This document shows, piece after piece, positions 57,301-64,000 of a stretch of 64,000 nt of DNA. The stretch comes from Rhina ancylostomus (taxonomy: Eukaryota), in NCBI GenBank assembly GCA_030265395.1, contig JARFYF010000063.1:79549849-79613848 (forward strand), read 5' to 3'. Position 1 is the stretch's first letter. The number at the start of each line of letters is the position of its first letter. The notes beneath the pieces were generated by a model. That model saw nothing but the letters and a program-made list of their open reading frames with translations. It searched no databases and was not told the origin of the DNA. The position numbers were made by a program, and so were the translations under genes.

Positions 57301-59393
57301 ATAGTTCATTGAGTGCAGAGAGATTATTTCCGTTGGCAAGAACTAGTAGGGAAATAAATTGTCAAATGAAAGGTGGTTAAGATCTGGCAAAGAATACCTG
57401 AAAAAATGTTATAATTAGATTCACTGGGTGCTTTCAAAAAAAAACAATTGGACATATCTTGAAGAGTTACATAGAAAATCCTGGAGTGCAGAACTAAATT
57501 GGATCATTCTTCCAAGAGCCTGAGCTGTAAGATGCAATGGTCATTAACTTGATTGGTGTCTCCTTTCTATTTCAGAAAGCCTGCAAAAGTATTAAAACCA
57601 GCTGATTGGGAGCAGTCAAATCCAAAACAGCCTTGGAGGCCTAGACTTGGCTTTAATCCAAGTCGGCAACAGGTCCATCTAGACCAGTCAGCATTTAGAA
57701 CGTTGGGGTAAGTGACCCATTGGGTCATCAGAGTTAGTTTGGTGAAATATATTTTGATCAGCAAGATCATTTTTTAGCCCTTCCAAGGCTCTCAAATTTT
57801 GAGTTTACCTGTTAATATACATGAGAGAGGACTAAAAATGGATTGTTTCAAGGCTGATAGAATATAACTACATGTCTCCCATTCTTAAGAGTCCATTTGA
57901 AGTTAAGCTCGGTCATTTTCCAACAAGAGCTATGTCCCTTTTGGAAAAAGTATATCCCCTGGAGTGAGCAATCTGCAGCCCATTCAGATTGCCGTGCACT
58001 CCAGCTGGTATCTATTGGTCAGTTTTCAGTTGATTTTGTTATTGCAGTTGTTATCCATAATGAATCCTAGTTTCAAAATCTGGCTTAACTGTAGTCTTAC
58101 ATTTAGACATTAGTGATGTCTGTCCTAGTTTGCTTTCATTATTACACAACTTCAGCAGTGAAGCCTATTCCAGACTCCATTTGAGGGCTTGATGTAACTA
58201 ATGCAATGGTTGGGTGGAAATGATACCTTCAGTGTGTTTGTGTTTGATTTTTGGATTTGATCCTCTTGCCCCAGATTGGACAGGAATTAATTTGCAAGTA
58301 AGGACTATTTGCAAAATTGAATTTGAGAGATTTGGACATGAGGCTATTTCCACATAATTATTCCCAGCATTGAACGTGAATTGGTCATATTGTTTGTCCA
58401 TTTTTCCATTCTAGCCATAGAAGTAGATCATACAAATCATAATTGTCATCCAGGTAATTGCTGTTGATATAGAATTTAATACAGACTGAAGTAGCACACC
58501 AGCACCTGAAATTGTTTGCTGTGTTATTTATAGTTTACATTCATATGGAACTTCTTTGCTCCCATGCATTTTAATGATGTTCAATCTATATGCCAGTACC
58601 TCAAGCGAATAACACCATACTTCATTACATGCTCCATATACATTTGTTCCCACCCTTCCAACTTCATTAATACATCCTTTTATTCTTTTCTCCCTTATTT
58701 ATGAATTGAACTTCCCCTTGAGTATGCCTTGTGCTAGGGTGTTCCTCTCTCCAGGTAGAGAGGTTTCTCCTGAATTCCCTATTGGATTAGTTAGGGACTA
58801 TATGATCTTTATGGCACCCAGTTCTGGCCTCCCCTGCAAGTCTGAAAATCTTTTCTAAATATGTGATATCAAACCTCACCGAACTAAACCTTTAAAGACT
58901 TCTTCCAGGTCATGCCTCAATCATTATAACATTAAGTCATTGTAACAGGTCCAATTATTTCTAACAAAAATAATGTAATTTCTCAGTTAAGTTTTCAATT
59001 ATGAATCAGAAAAAAATGTATCCACTGCTTTGTGAAGTACTTCTGTAAAAATGATATTTTGTTTGGTTGAACTTATCTCCTCAGATGTTGATGTGTAGCT
59101 TTGGGAGAACTGTTAGAGAATGCAGAGATACAGGATTTAGATTATTGTGAAAACTGTTGACTTCAACTCCCACCACTCAAATCAAGACACATTTAATTAA
59201 AACAAAATAACCTGGTTTGTATTATATGCATAAGTGTACATACTGTCTCTTTAATTTTGTTTTAGCCATCTTATGTCAAAAGACCGCTCTCAGGGTGTTT
59301 ACAGTTACACTCCTCCGCCTAGTTATCAACAAGCGAAAAATTCACGGCCCCCACTGATGAGAGCACCACCATCTCTTACTGTCCCACTGCCAA
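251..59393 (+). CDS. XRN2: 5'-3' exoribonuclease 2, spliced CDS span (exons 1-27 traced; C-terminal exon(s) uncertain)
   Basis: The spliced translation starts [25 protein letters not shown] and contains [66 protein letters not shown], a CCHC zinc knuckle, [31 protein letters not shown] and [17 protein letters not shown]; every intron is GT-AG and phases are consistent. Confidence 0.97.
523..530. promoter_or_regulatory. E-box (USF/TFE-type GTCACGTG) in proximal intron 1
   Basis: GTCACGTG within the CpG island; motif match only. Confidence 0.35.
820..1250 (-). mobile_element. CR1-type LINE 3' end (antisense)
   Basis: Begins tagaacattacaacacagtacaggtccttcgaccc, the reverse complement of the typical chondrichthyan CR1 3' tail, followed by decayed ORF2 end. 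Confidence 0.6.
2040..2510 (+). mobile_element. Decayed CR1 RT fragment (5' part, interrupted by Rex1)
   Basis: gatgtagtctgtggattttggcaagg resembles the DVVYMDFSKAFD region; heavily degenerate. Confidence 0.5.
2515..4546 (+). mobile_element. Rex1/Babar LINE, 5'-truncated and frameshifted
   Basis: ORF pieces [76 protein letters not shown]; 3' tail aataaacctgattctgatcctga. Confidence 0.9.
4550..4930 (+). mobile_element. Decayed CR1 3' fragment
   Basis: ggataaactattttctctggc...ttcctcagtgggaatctgtaa resembles the CR1 ORF2 end and 3' UTR. Confidence 0.45.
5455..5622 (-). mobile_element. V-SINE (5'-truncated)
   Basis: Reverse complement of the V-domain (gtgggaggaaaccagagcacctggaggaaacccatgca) plus tail; near-identical to the 7557 copy. 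Confidence 0.85.
5830..6520 (+). mobile_element. Penelope-like element 3' fragment (GIY-YIG region + pLTR)
   Basis: Decayed CTSxNLV...GExxxRLGxxFxEH-like sequence; ends tctctccacagatgctgcctga...cagcattttctgttttgatttcaga, shared with the other pLTR copies. Confidence 0.6.
7557..7797 (+). mobile_element. Full-length tRNA-derived V-SINE
   Basis: A-box-like tagcgtagtgg, B-box-like ggtttgattccc, V-domain gggtttcctttgggtgctccggtttcctcccac, tail gggcctgttaccatgctgtaaataaaa. Confidence 0.9.
8870..10220 (+). mobile_element. Decayed CR1-clade LINE RT, interrupted by another repeat at about 9380-9750
   Basis: Degenerate WKxAQVxPVxKKQDxSxxANYxPIS and GVPQG-like segments. Confidence 0.55.
12854..12981 (+). 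CDS. XRN2: XRN2 exon 2
   Basis: tgcag|[42 protein letters not shown](K)|gtaata; 128 nt. Confidence 0.96.
13080..13191 (+). CDS. XRN2: XRN2 exon 3
   Basis: [37 protein letters not shown]|gtaagt; 112 nt. Confidence 0.96.
14259..14370 (+). CDS. XRN2: XRN2 exon 4
   Basis: [37 protein letters not shown]|gtatgc; 112 nt. Confidence 0.96.
14385..15640 (-). mobile_element. Stacked decayed CR1 fragments (antisense)
   Basis: Two ggagtaggcc / ggagcaggagtagacc...gccattcagtaa tails and RT-like remnants. Confidence 0.5.
14709..14784 (+). repeat. Short tandem duplication (44-nt period)
   Basis: agtgaatctctcacttaatctctt occurs at 14709 and 14753. Confidence 0.8.
16083..16410 (-). mobile_element. V-SINE with a different 3' tail (gap inside)
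   Basis: V-domain gtgggaggaaaccggagcacccagtggaaacccacgcagtcac and tRNA head (gctaactgctatgctaccatg); tail agataagatttcttttagtcac differs from the 5455/7557 copies. Confidence 0.8.
16636..16694 (+). CDS. XRN2: XRN2 exon 5
   Basis: (G)[19 protein letters not shown]|gtaggt; 59 nt. Confidence 0.95.
16778..16867 (+). CDS. XRN2: XRN2 exon 6
   Basis: [30 protein letters not shown]|gtaagt; 90 nt. Confidence 0.96.
17270..17678 (+). mobile_element. Deu-SINE (SacSINE1-like), decayed
   Basis: gtcctggccaatat...tgtgcacaaa...cttcattggctataaa...cactatataattgcaagtc follows the recalled SacSINE1 Deu-domain and tail layout. Confidence 0.6.
18549..18621 (+). CDS. XRN2: XRN2 exon 7
   Basis: [24 protein letters not shown]|gtacat; 73 nt. 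Confidence 0.96.
18737..18787 (+). CDS. XRN2: XRN2 exon 8
   Basis: (A)[16 protein letters not shown]|gttagt; 51 nt. Confidence 0.95.
18919..19076 (+). CDS. XRN2: XRN2 exon 9 (includes CCHC zinc knuckle)
   Basis: (A)[52 protein letters not shown]|gtatat; 158 nt. Confidence 0.96.
19540..19660 (+). mobile_element. Solo Penelope pseudo-LTR fragment with hammerhead-like core
   Basis: ctgatgaagggtcttcaacctgaaatgttaactctgtttctctttccacagatgct...cagcattttctg. Confidence 0.7.
19795..21450 (-). mobile_element. Decayed CR1 LINE (antisense, rearranged)
   Basis: ORF 21261..21443 gives [16 protein letters not shown] (CR1 WKxANVTPLFKK motif); CR1 3' tail at the left end. Confidence 0.65.
22180..22257 (+). 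CDS. XRN2: XRN2 exon 10
   Basis: ttccttcag|[26 protein letters not shown]|gtgagt; 78 nt. Confidence 0.92.
22344..22477 (+). CDS. XRN2: XRN2 exon 11
   Basis: [44 protein letters not shown](R)|gtatgc; also visible in ORF 22284..22601. Confidence 0.97.
23645..23702 (+). CDS. XRN2: XRN2 exon 12
   Basis: [19 protein letters not shown]|gtaagt; 58 nt. Confidence 0.95.
23790..23897 (+). CDS. XRN2: XRN2 exon 13
   Basis: [36 protein letters not shown]|gtaagt; 108 nt. Confidence 0.96.
24391..24435 (+). CDS. XRN2: XRN2 exon 14
   Basis: ttacag|[15 protein letters not shown]|gtaagt; 45 nt, basic NLS-like. Confidence 0.93.
25200..25910 (+). mobile_element. L2 LINE 3' fragment
   Basis: ORF 25201..25590 [24 protein letters not shown] resembles L2 AETLIHAFVTSRLDYSNALLAGLP. 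Confidence 0.7.
27500..28930 (+). mobile_element. Highly decayed CR1 LINE
   Basis: Purine-rich remnants of the endonuclease (KERKRGRCG) and ORF2 3' end. Confidence 0.45.
30672..30818 (+). CDS. XRN2: XRN2 exon 15 (linker)
   Basis: catcag|[49 protein letters not shown]|gtgaga; matches the PRQxAYEMR motif. Confidence 0.88.
31135..33085 (-). mobile_element. Penelope-like retroelement with inverted pseudo-LTRs
   Basis: Minus-strand remnants [19 protein letters not shown] (GIY-YIG endonuclease), [24 protein letters not shown] and a GxAMG-region remnant (RT); the ends aaaaacagaaaatgctg and cagcattttctgttttt are inverted. Confidence 0.85.
35650..35815. mobile_element. Short palindromic Penelope pLTR-derived element
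   Basis: Arms 35670-35699 and 35731-35760 are reverse complements with a few mismatches. Confidence 0.7.
37987..38099 (+). CDS. XRN2: XRN2 exon 16 (linker)
   Basis: ttctag|[37 protein letters not shown](R)|gttcgt; matches SDGSPxPLGxKRK...DNVR. Confidence 0.9.
39577..40187 (+). mobile_element. 5'-truncated L1 (fish-type) with 17-bp target-site duplication
   Basis: ORF2 C-terminus ALFG...[35 protein letters not shown]; AATAAA at 40165; TSD agaactattcagaagca at 39560-39576 and 40188-40204. Confidence 0.9.
40356..41188 (-). mobile_element. Tc1/mariner DNA transposon, IR/DR type
   Basis: TA|cagtggcatgcaaaagtttgggcacccct ... aggggtgcgcaaacttttgcatgccagtg|TA; inner DRs near 40546 and 40997; transposase N-terminus [13 protein letters not shown] and C-terminus [39 protein letters not shown] flank a 100-N gap. 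Confidence 0.93.
41252..41700 (-). mobile_element. Rex1/Babar 3' fragment (same family as 2515-4546)
   Basis: aatcagaatcag tail; sequence is the reverse complement of about 4170-4545 ([12 protein letters not shown] vs [10 protein letters not shown]). Confidence 0.85.
42930..43020 (+). mobile_element. Penelope pLTR fragment
   Basis: gaagggtctccaacctgaaatgttg...gacctgttgagtatttccagcac. Confidence 0.6.
44884..45019 (+). CDS. XRN2: XRN2 exon 17
   Basis: [45 protein letters not shown]|gtatgt; 136 nt. Confidence 0.97.
45519..45626 (+). CDS. XRN2: XRN2 exon 18
   Basis: [36 protein letters not shown]|gtgaga; 108 nt. Confidence 0.96.
46494..46583 (+). CDS. XRN2: XRN2 exon 19
   Basis: [30 protein letters not shown]|gtgagt; 90 nt. 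Confidence 0.96.
46860..47240 (-). mobile_element. Chondrichthyan tRNA-headed SINE, decayed; related + strand piece at about 42090-42180
   Basis: aagagtcgaccacattgc...gcagatttccctacctgaatggcgttagtga is complementary to gcaatgttgttcactcttaa at 42130. Confidence 0.5.
47947..48019 (+). CDS. XRN2: XRN2 exon 20
   Basis: [24 protein letters not shown](G)|gtagga; 73 nt. Confidence 0.96.
50030..50111 (+). mobile_element. Rex1 3' tail fragment
   Basis: gcactgtactgctgccacaaggcaacaactttcatgacat...taataaagctgattctga matches 4470-4540. Confidence 0.75.
50860..51260 (-). mobile_element. CR1-clade LINE 3' fragment (antisense)
   Basis: ORF 51035..51412 contains [28 protein letters not shown], the typical EYxxxxW...LxxIQxKA motif. 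Confidence 0.7.
52305..52860 (-). mobile_element. CR1 3' fragment (antisense)
   Basis: ggagtaggaatagg tail and ORF2-end remnants. Confidence 0.5.
54278..54361 (+). CDS. XRN2: XRN2 exon 21
   Basis: [27 protein letters not shown]|gtaagt; 84 nt. Confidence 0.96.
54641..54735 (+). CDS. XRN2: XRN2 exon 22
   Basis: (I)[31 protein letters not shown]|gtaagt; 95 nt. Confidence 0.93.
54829..54908 (+). CDS. XRN2: XRN2 exon 23
   Basis: [26 protein letters not shown](K)|gtaagt; 80 nt. Confidence 0.93.
55500..55556 (+). CDS. XRN2: XRN2 exon 24
   Basis: [18 protein letters not shown](S)|gtgagt; 57 nt. Confidence 0.92.
55673..55741 (+). CDS. XRN2: XRN2 exon 25 (28-nt N gap inside)
   Basis: atag|ILFKDP-[N28]-ALLPTA(V)|gtaagt; the 69-nt length keeps phase. 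Confidence 0.87.
56720..57540 (+). mobile_element. Decayed CR1 RT fragment
   Basis: ORF 56909..57154 [15 protein letters not shown] resembles VDVVYMDFQKAFDKV. Confidence 0.65.
57576..57707 (+). CDS. XRN2: XRN2 exon 26
   Basis: [43 protein letters not shown](G)|gtaagt; 132 nt. Confidence 0.94.
59266..59393 (+). CDS. XRN2: XRN2 exon 27
   Basis: ttttag|[42 protein letters not shown]|gtaagt; 128 nt, Pro-rich C-terminal tail. Confidence 0.85.
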
Positions 59394-61864
59394 GTAAGTT
59401 TTTTGATGAACTTGATTGACAAAGTAAGTAGTAAACTTATCATAAACTAAGGCCTACAATTTGCAGAAATAGGTTATTCTTTTACAAATGAAAATAAAAT
59501 GTGAATAGTTGAATAAGAAGGCTGCTGTATTTAGTCATGGCCATTACGGAAATTAATTGCAAAACTGAAAAAATTATTTTAATTTCCCTTCCTGACCTCC
59601 TCCTAGCTGACTTTTTTTAATGCCCTCACCCACCCCACCTCCAGCAAATCCATATTAGATCCCTCTGTTCTTACAAATTATGCCCAGTGCCCCTTTGCAA
59701 AGATGCTAAATGTGTTGGCTCCCTTTTGCTTTAGTCCGCATCTTCTCAACAAGCAATCACTGGAGCATCTAAGCAATATTCTTTCTTCCCATCCTACACT
59801 ATGACCTCAGAAACCCTTGGACTTTTGTCCCTGGCTTCCTCCTAGTCCTTGAGTTCATTCTACCCCTTGGAAAAATCATTTGAAAATATAAAGTGGCTCT
59901 TCTCCAACTCTTGGCAATTGGTTAAATGTCTGAGCAGTTCACGAGAGGAAATGGTTTGCACTGCATAATGGAAAGGGCAGTCAAAGTGCATTGGCTATGA
60001 TGGGGACGTCTTGATTTTTAAAAAAAATTCTGCCTTTCAATAGTTCAGCTTTTTCAAGGATTCAGCTTTCCTATTGATGAAGCAGTAATGTTAGAACTTT
60101 CCAAAGCCTTCATACCTCGTGCACTGTGAGCTCAGGGTCTCTCCTTACTGCAGTTTTCTTCCTTGACTGGTATGTGCATTTATGATTATGATTTTCTGCT
60201 ATTGTGATGATGTGGCAAAGTTCCCTTGGCTGTACTGTATTTGAAACCAGTACTGCTGCAATGTTTGATTATCCTGTGGCTTCCTGTGTGGACATTATTT
60301 CTTTAAAAATATCATTGGGATGAAATTTATCTTGGGTGGGAGGTGGTGTAAAATATTTTTAAAAAATCATTAGTTTTCAAAATCAGCTTGGATTAATGGT
60401 TTAAAAAAAAGCCTGGAGTTCTCTACCATCTGAGGATGAATCTGGTCTATCCCTCTTCTCATCTTCTTCACCTCTGCCCCCCTCGTCCTGGTTATATAGA
60501 CTCCCTATATAACCAAGTGGAGAAAGATTAAAAACTTTAAAGATGAGGCAGAGAGTAAGGGGGATAAGTGGAAGGGATAGACCAAATACTTGCAAGTGTA
60601 AGGTGGCAGGAATTCCCCTGTATCCTTCAGCTGGTTCCCACCCTCTGAGCTGTCTTTACTTGCTGGAGGTATCTGGTTTTCCTACCTTTGTTCCCTTATG
60701 TGCTCTGAAAGAAATGTAGCCTTGTACCCCAGATCTGTAGTACAAAATCTTTTAAATAAATATAAGATTTTATGTACTACTTTTAGTCTTTCTCTCTTTT
60801 CATTCTAGTTTCCAATCCACTTTTTTTTTGTGAAAGAACTCATTCTCAACTCTTACAAATGCTAGAAATCTGATACATGGTTACTGAAATTACCAATCTG
60901 CATGTTCTGTTTACAGATGCTAATGCATTTGTATGTTTCTGATGCCTCTTGTTTTAATTGCAACTATTCGCCATTCTCTATCCTCAGTGGAGTTGGAAAC
61001 CACATCAACTACTCTTTTAGGACATTCAAAATGAGCCATTTGTCCAACAGATATATGCCCTTGGTCAAACTCCATGAGGAAATTTGGCTCATGCTTTCAA
61101 TATAACCTTCTGTTCCTTTCTCACTCATGTACCTGTCTTAGATTCCCTTAAATGCATTAAGCTGTGTTGCATAACCAATCATGATTGAAAATCCCATATT
61201 CCCACCTCAACTAACACTGAACACTAATGGCTAGCATTACTTCTGGTTTCTGGTCAGTTGAGGATCAAAACACCAGTTTTCAAGTTGGATACTTCTGGGC
61301 ATTATTGGCACGCTAAGAATTCAAAACAGTAAGCATGCTTTTCAATTAGTTATATTTTTAATGGGGATGGAGTCTAGATGTGCCTGATTAGAAGTTATTG
61401 TAAATACATTTTATATCAGCTAATGTTTCTCAGCACATAGTTATTTGAAATTGCTTCCATTCACAATCCAGTTAATGCAATGTATTGTTAAAGTTTATTT
61501 AACATGGTATTTTCTGGTGACTGTTCAATCTTCTACTTAACTTTCTAATACCTGTTCAGACAACCATATTTGTTATGCCAACCATATTTATCAATTTAAT
61601 GTAGGTGGCATTTATTTTATTTTAAGGGAAAGGAATTCTGAATGTTATGGCTCAATTAGATAAAATAATTGAACTGTAAACTAGCACATCTATCCCTTCT
61701 CAACAAGCTGCACTCTCAAACCTACACGTGTTTGATTTGTATATAGTACCAAATATTATATCTACAGTACAATGTCAGTTGTGTAAGGGAGCATTCAAAT
61801 GCTTCCACAGTTGGAGATGTTTGACACTTTTGTTAAGTAGTTTTTCTGATTTAGACACTTGCAG

Positions 61865-61926
61865 GAAATTGTATTACCATGAACCAGCATCCTATTGTCT
61901 CATATGGCAGCCATTGCAGAAGATAA
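61865..61926 (+). CDS. XRN2: Candidate XRN2 terminal coding exon
   Basis: Acceptor tttttctgatttagacacttgcag|GA in the required phase 1 gives (R)NCITMNQHPIVSYGSHCRR-TAA, followed by AT-rich UTR-like sequence; no recognisable homology to the mammalian tail. Confidence 0.35.
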
Positions 61927-64000
61927 ATTTTTTAAAGTGCTTGTGTTTTGTAGATTGTAATATATGGCCATGCAGTCTTTGCATGGATTTCCTTCTTAAT
62001 ATGTATATTTGTCTCATTTGCATGGCTTCATCTCGTGTTTCTATCGTGTAGTTCAGAGTATTGATGTATCTTTTCATTTCCATTTCTTAATTATAATGCA
62101 ATTGTAGCTTCAGAAAATTGCTACATCAGTTGGATTCTGTTTTAGTGTTATAAAACATTTAAATTTGAATTATTAGTGCAATAATGTAATTGTATTTATT
62201 CTACTGTCTTCCAACCCACCCCCATAGTCTCATTTTGTTTGTAGAAAATTATGTTGAAGGTTAGTGGTGCTGAGAATTGGTTATAGATAGTGGAAGGTCA
62301 GTGCAGTCAATCAGAATGTTGCTGCTTTTTTTCCCCTTCTACCCTAAAATATATGGTGTAGGTGTTTCCATCAGCAGTCTTTGATTTGATTGGGATATTT
62401 CAGTCTACGTACTGCTGATGAATTGTCTGAGTGCTGATAACTTGTGGGAGTCAAGTGCAGTCTGCAAGCACTCAATGTGAATAGCATATTTGGTTTTTGC
62501 AATCCAAAACTGAATCTGATTTATGACATGTTTTCCATTTCATTGTAAGCTCACCAATTAACTGCATTTGAAAATTGGTTTTGATTAGTGCAATCAGTAA
62601 ACACCAAGGCCTTTCTTGATTGTCACACTGATTAGAAGAGTTCTCACTTCAGTTCACGGTGGAAATATTAACAAGCATCTAAAAATGGCCTAATAGGGTT
62701 GAAAACTGATGAGCTTTCCTTTCTGCAATTTGGTCTTCAATTGTATAAAGGAACAATTTCCTTTTCAATAAAATGCTTCTTTTAGGTGTATCATCATATT
62801 TTCTTGCGATGTATCCTGTTCTGCTCAAGTTAAATCAGCAGATTGATAGTTTGATTCTCCTCTCGATATCCCCAAAAAATGTGACTAACCGTTCAAGAAA
62901 CAATTCTACACAAACCAAAACCCAGTCAGTCTTCGTTAAAAGTCATGAATTCTTATTCAAACGTGTGGATCTTAAGTATGTAGAGAGTGATCAAAATCAT
63001 GAATATAGTTTCTCCAAATAAGAAATACTGTTAGAAATGTAGTTCATTATCATCTTCAATATGGTCACTTCAATTTTTATAATATTAAATATACACCCCA
63101 TCTTAACAACTTCTGTATTACCTTTCCAAAAAATGTTTTTTGTACATTTGAACTAATATCAGATTTATTAGGTATCTAATATCTAACTAATAACTGATAT
63201 CTAACTCATATCAGAGACATGAGGTGTATTTATCCATCACAGTACCATGCAGTGCAGTGTCAGTGTCAGTAAAACACCTTCAGGATGCCAGGAGCTGTAA
63301 TGTTGCATTACAAAATAGCAATGTATATCTTTGTTGAAGTTAGATTTGCATGCTTGTGAATATGAATTAAGTCCTTTACTTTCACATTAAAACTTTATGG
63401 CAAATATAAGTTTTAGCTGAGTGACATGGGTGATTGCCTGCTGCTTTGCTCATGGCATATTCATTGGTTGCACTGTCATAATGCAATCTCAGTAGTGATG
63501 GATTAGATACATCAGAATATTTCCTGAAACATAATAGAATCACAGAGAAACAACAAGGAAATGGGCCCTTTGGCTCACTAGGTATATGCCAACCATGATC
63601 AGTTATCAATTTACATTTAATCCCATTTTTTATTNNNNNNNNNNNNNNNNNNNNNNNNNNNNNNNNNNNNNNNNNNNNNNNNNNNNNNNNNNNNNNNNNN
63701 NNNNNNNNNNNNNNNNNNNNNNNNNNNNNNNNNNNNNNNNNNNNNNNAGTGCAAAATCTCCACTTTCTGGCCAATGTGGCAACACAGTGCACCACATAGT
63801 TGAAATGATTGTTAGTGCACAATCACAAGATTTCAAAGATGCATTCCTCATCTACCCCAGTCTGTCACATTTTTTTTTCATCTGTCACATCAATTTCTAA
63901 AAGCTATAATATGGTTGCCAGCTGCCAACTGAGCACATGTTGATTTGAGCAAAATATAGTTTTGCATTTCATTTTTAAGAGATAAATGAAGTGGGGGAGA

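Noticed and set aside
326-59265. Possible U12-type or non-canonical introns in XRN2
   Set aside because: All traced introns are GT-AG, and none has the RTATCCTT U12 donor
60205-60290. GTGATGA C-box-like motif (also near 29220 and 36244) as possible intronic C/D snoRNA
   Set aside because: No properly spaced CTGA D box with terminal stem, and no recognisable rRNA/snRNA guide
63150-63215. Short repeated atatctaact units that might suggest an array
   Set aside because: Irregular low-complexity micro-duplications with no repeat-spacer structure; there is no CRISPR in this vertebrate DNA

Overview
Eukaryotic genomic DNA, not prokaryotic. The repeat content (V-SINEs, SacSINE1-like Deu-SINEs, CR1, Rex1 and Penelope families) points to a cartilaginous fish, probably a ray or shark. 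Almost the whole window is one + strand gene, XRN2 (nuclear 5'-3' exoribonuclease 2, Rat1 ortholog). It starts in a CpG-island promoter (ATG at 251). I traced 27 coding exons to 59393, all with GT-AG introns and consistent phases (2593 nt, 864 codons + 1 nt). A candidate short terminal exon lies at 61865-61926. The introns carry decayed Rex1/Babar, CR1, L2, L1 and Penelope-like retroelements, several SINEs, and one IR/DR Tc1 transposon with TA target duplication. Most of the supplied ORF track is noise or retroelement debris. I found no convincing wholly new system. The best leads are degenerate minimal hammerhead-ribozyme cores in Penelope pseudo-LTR fragments, a well-preserved Tc1 whose transposase is hidden in a gap, lineage differences at XRN2 phospho-regulatory sites, a possible extra exon pair and shortened C-terminus, and TE-poor intronic blocks that may be enhancers of the NKX2-2/NKX2-4/PAX1 neighbourhood.
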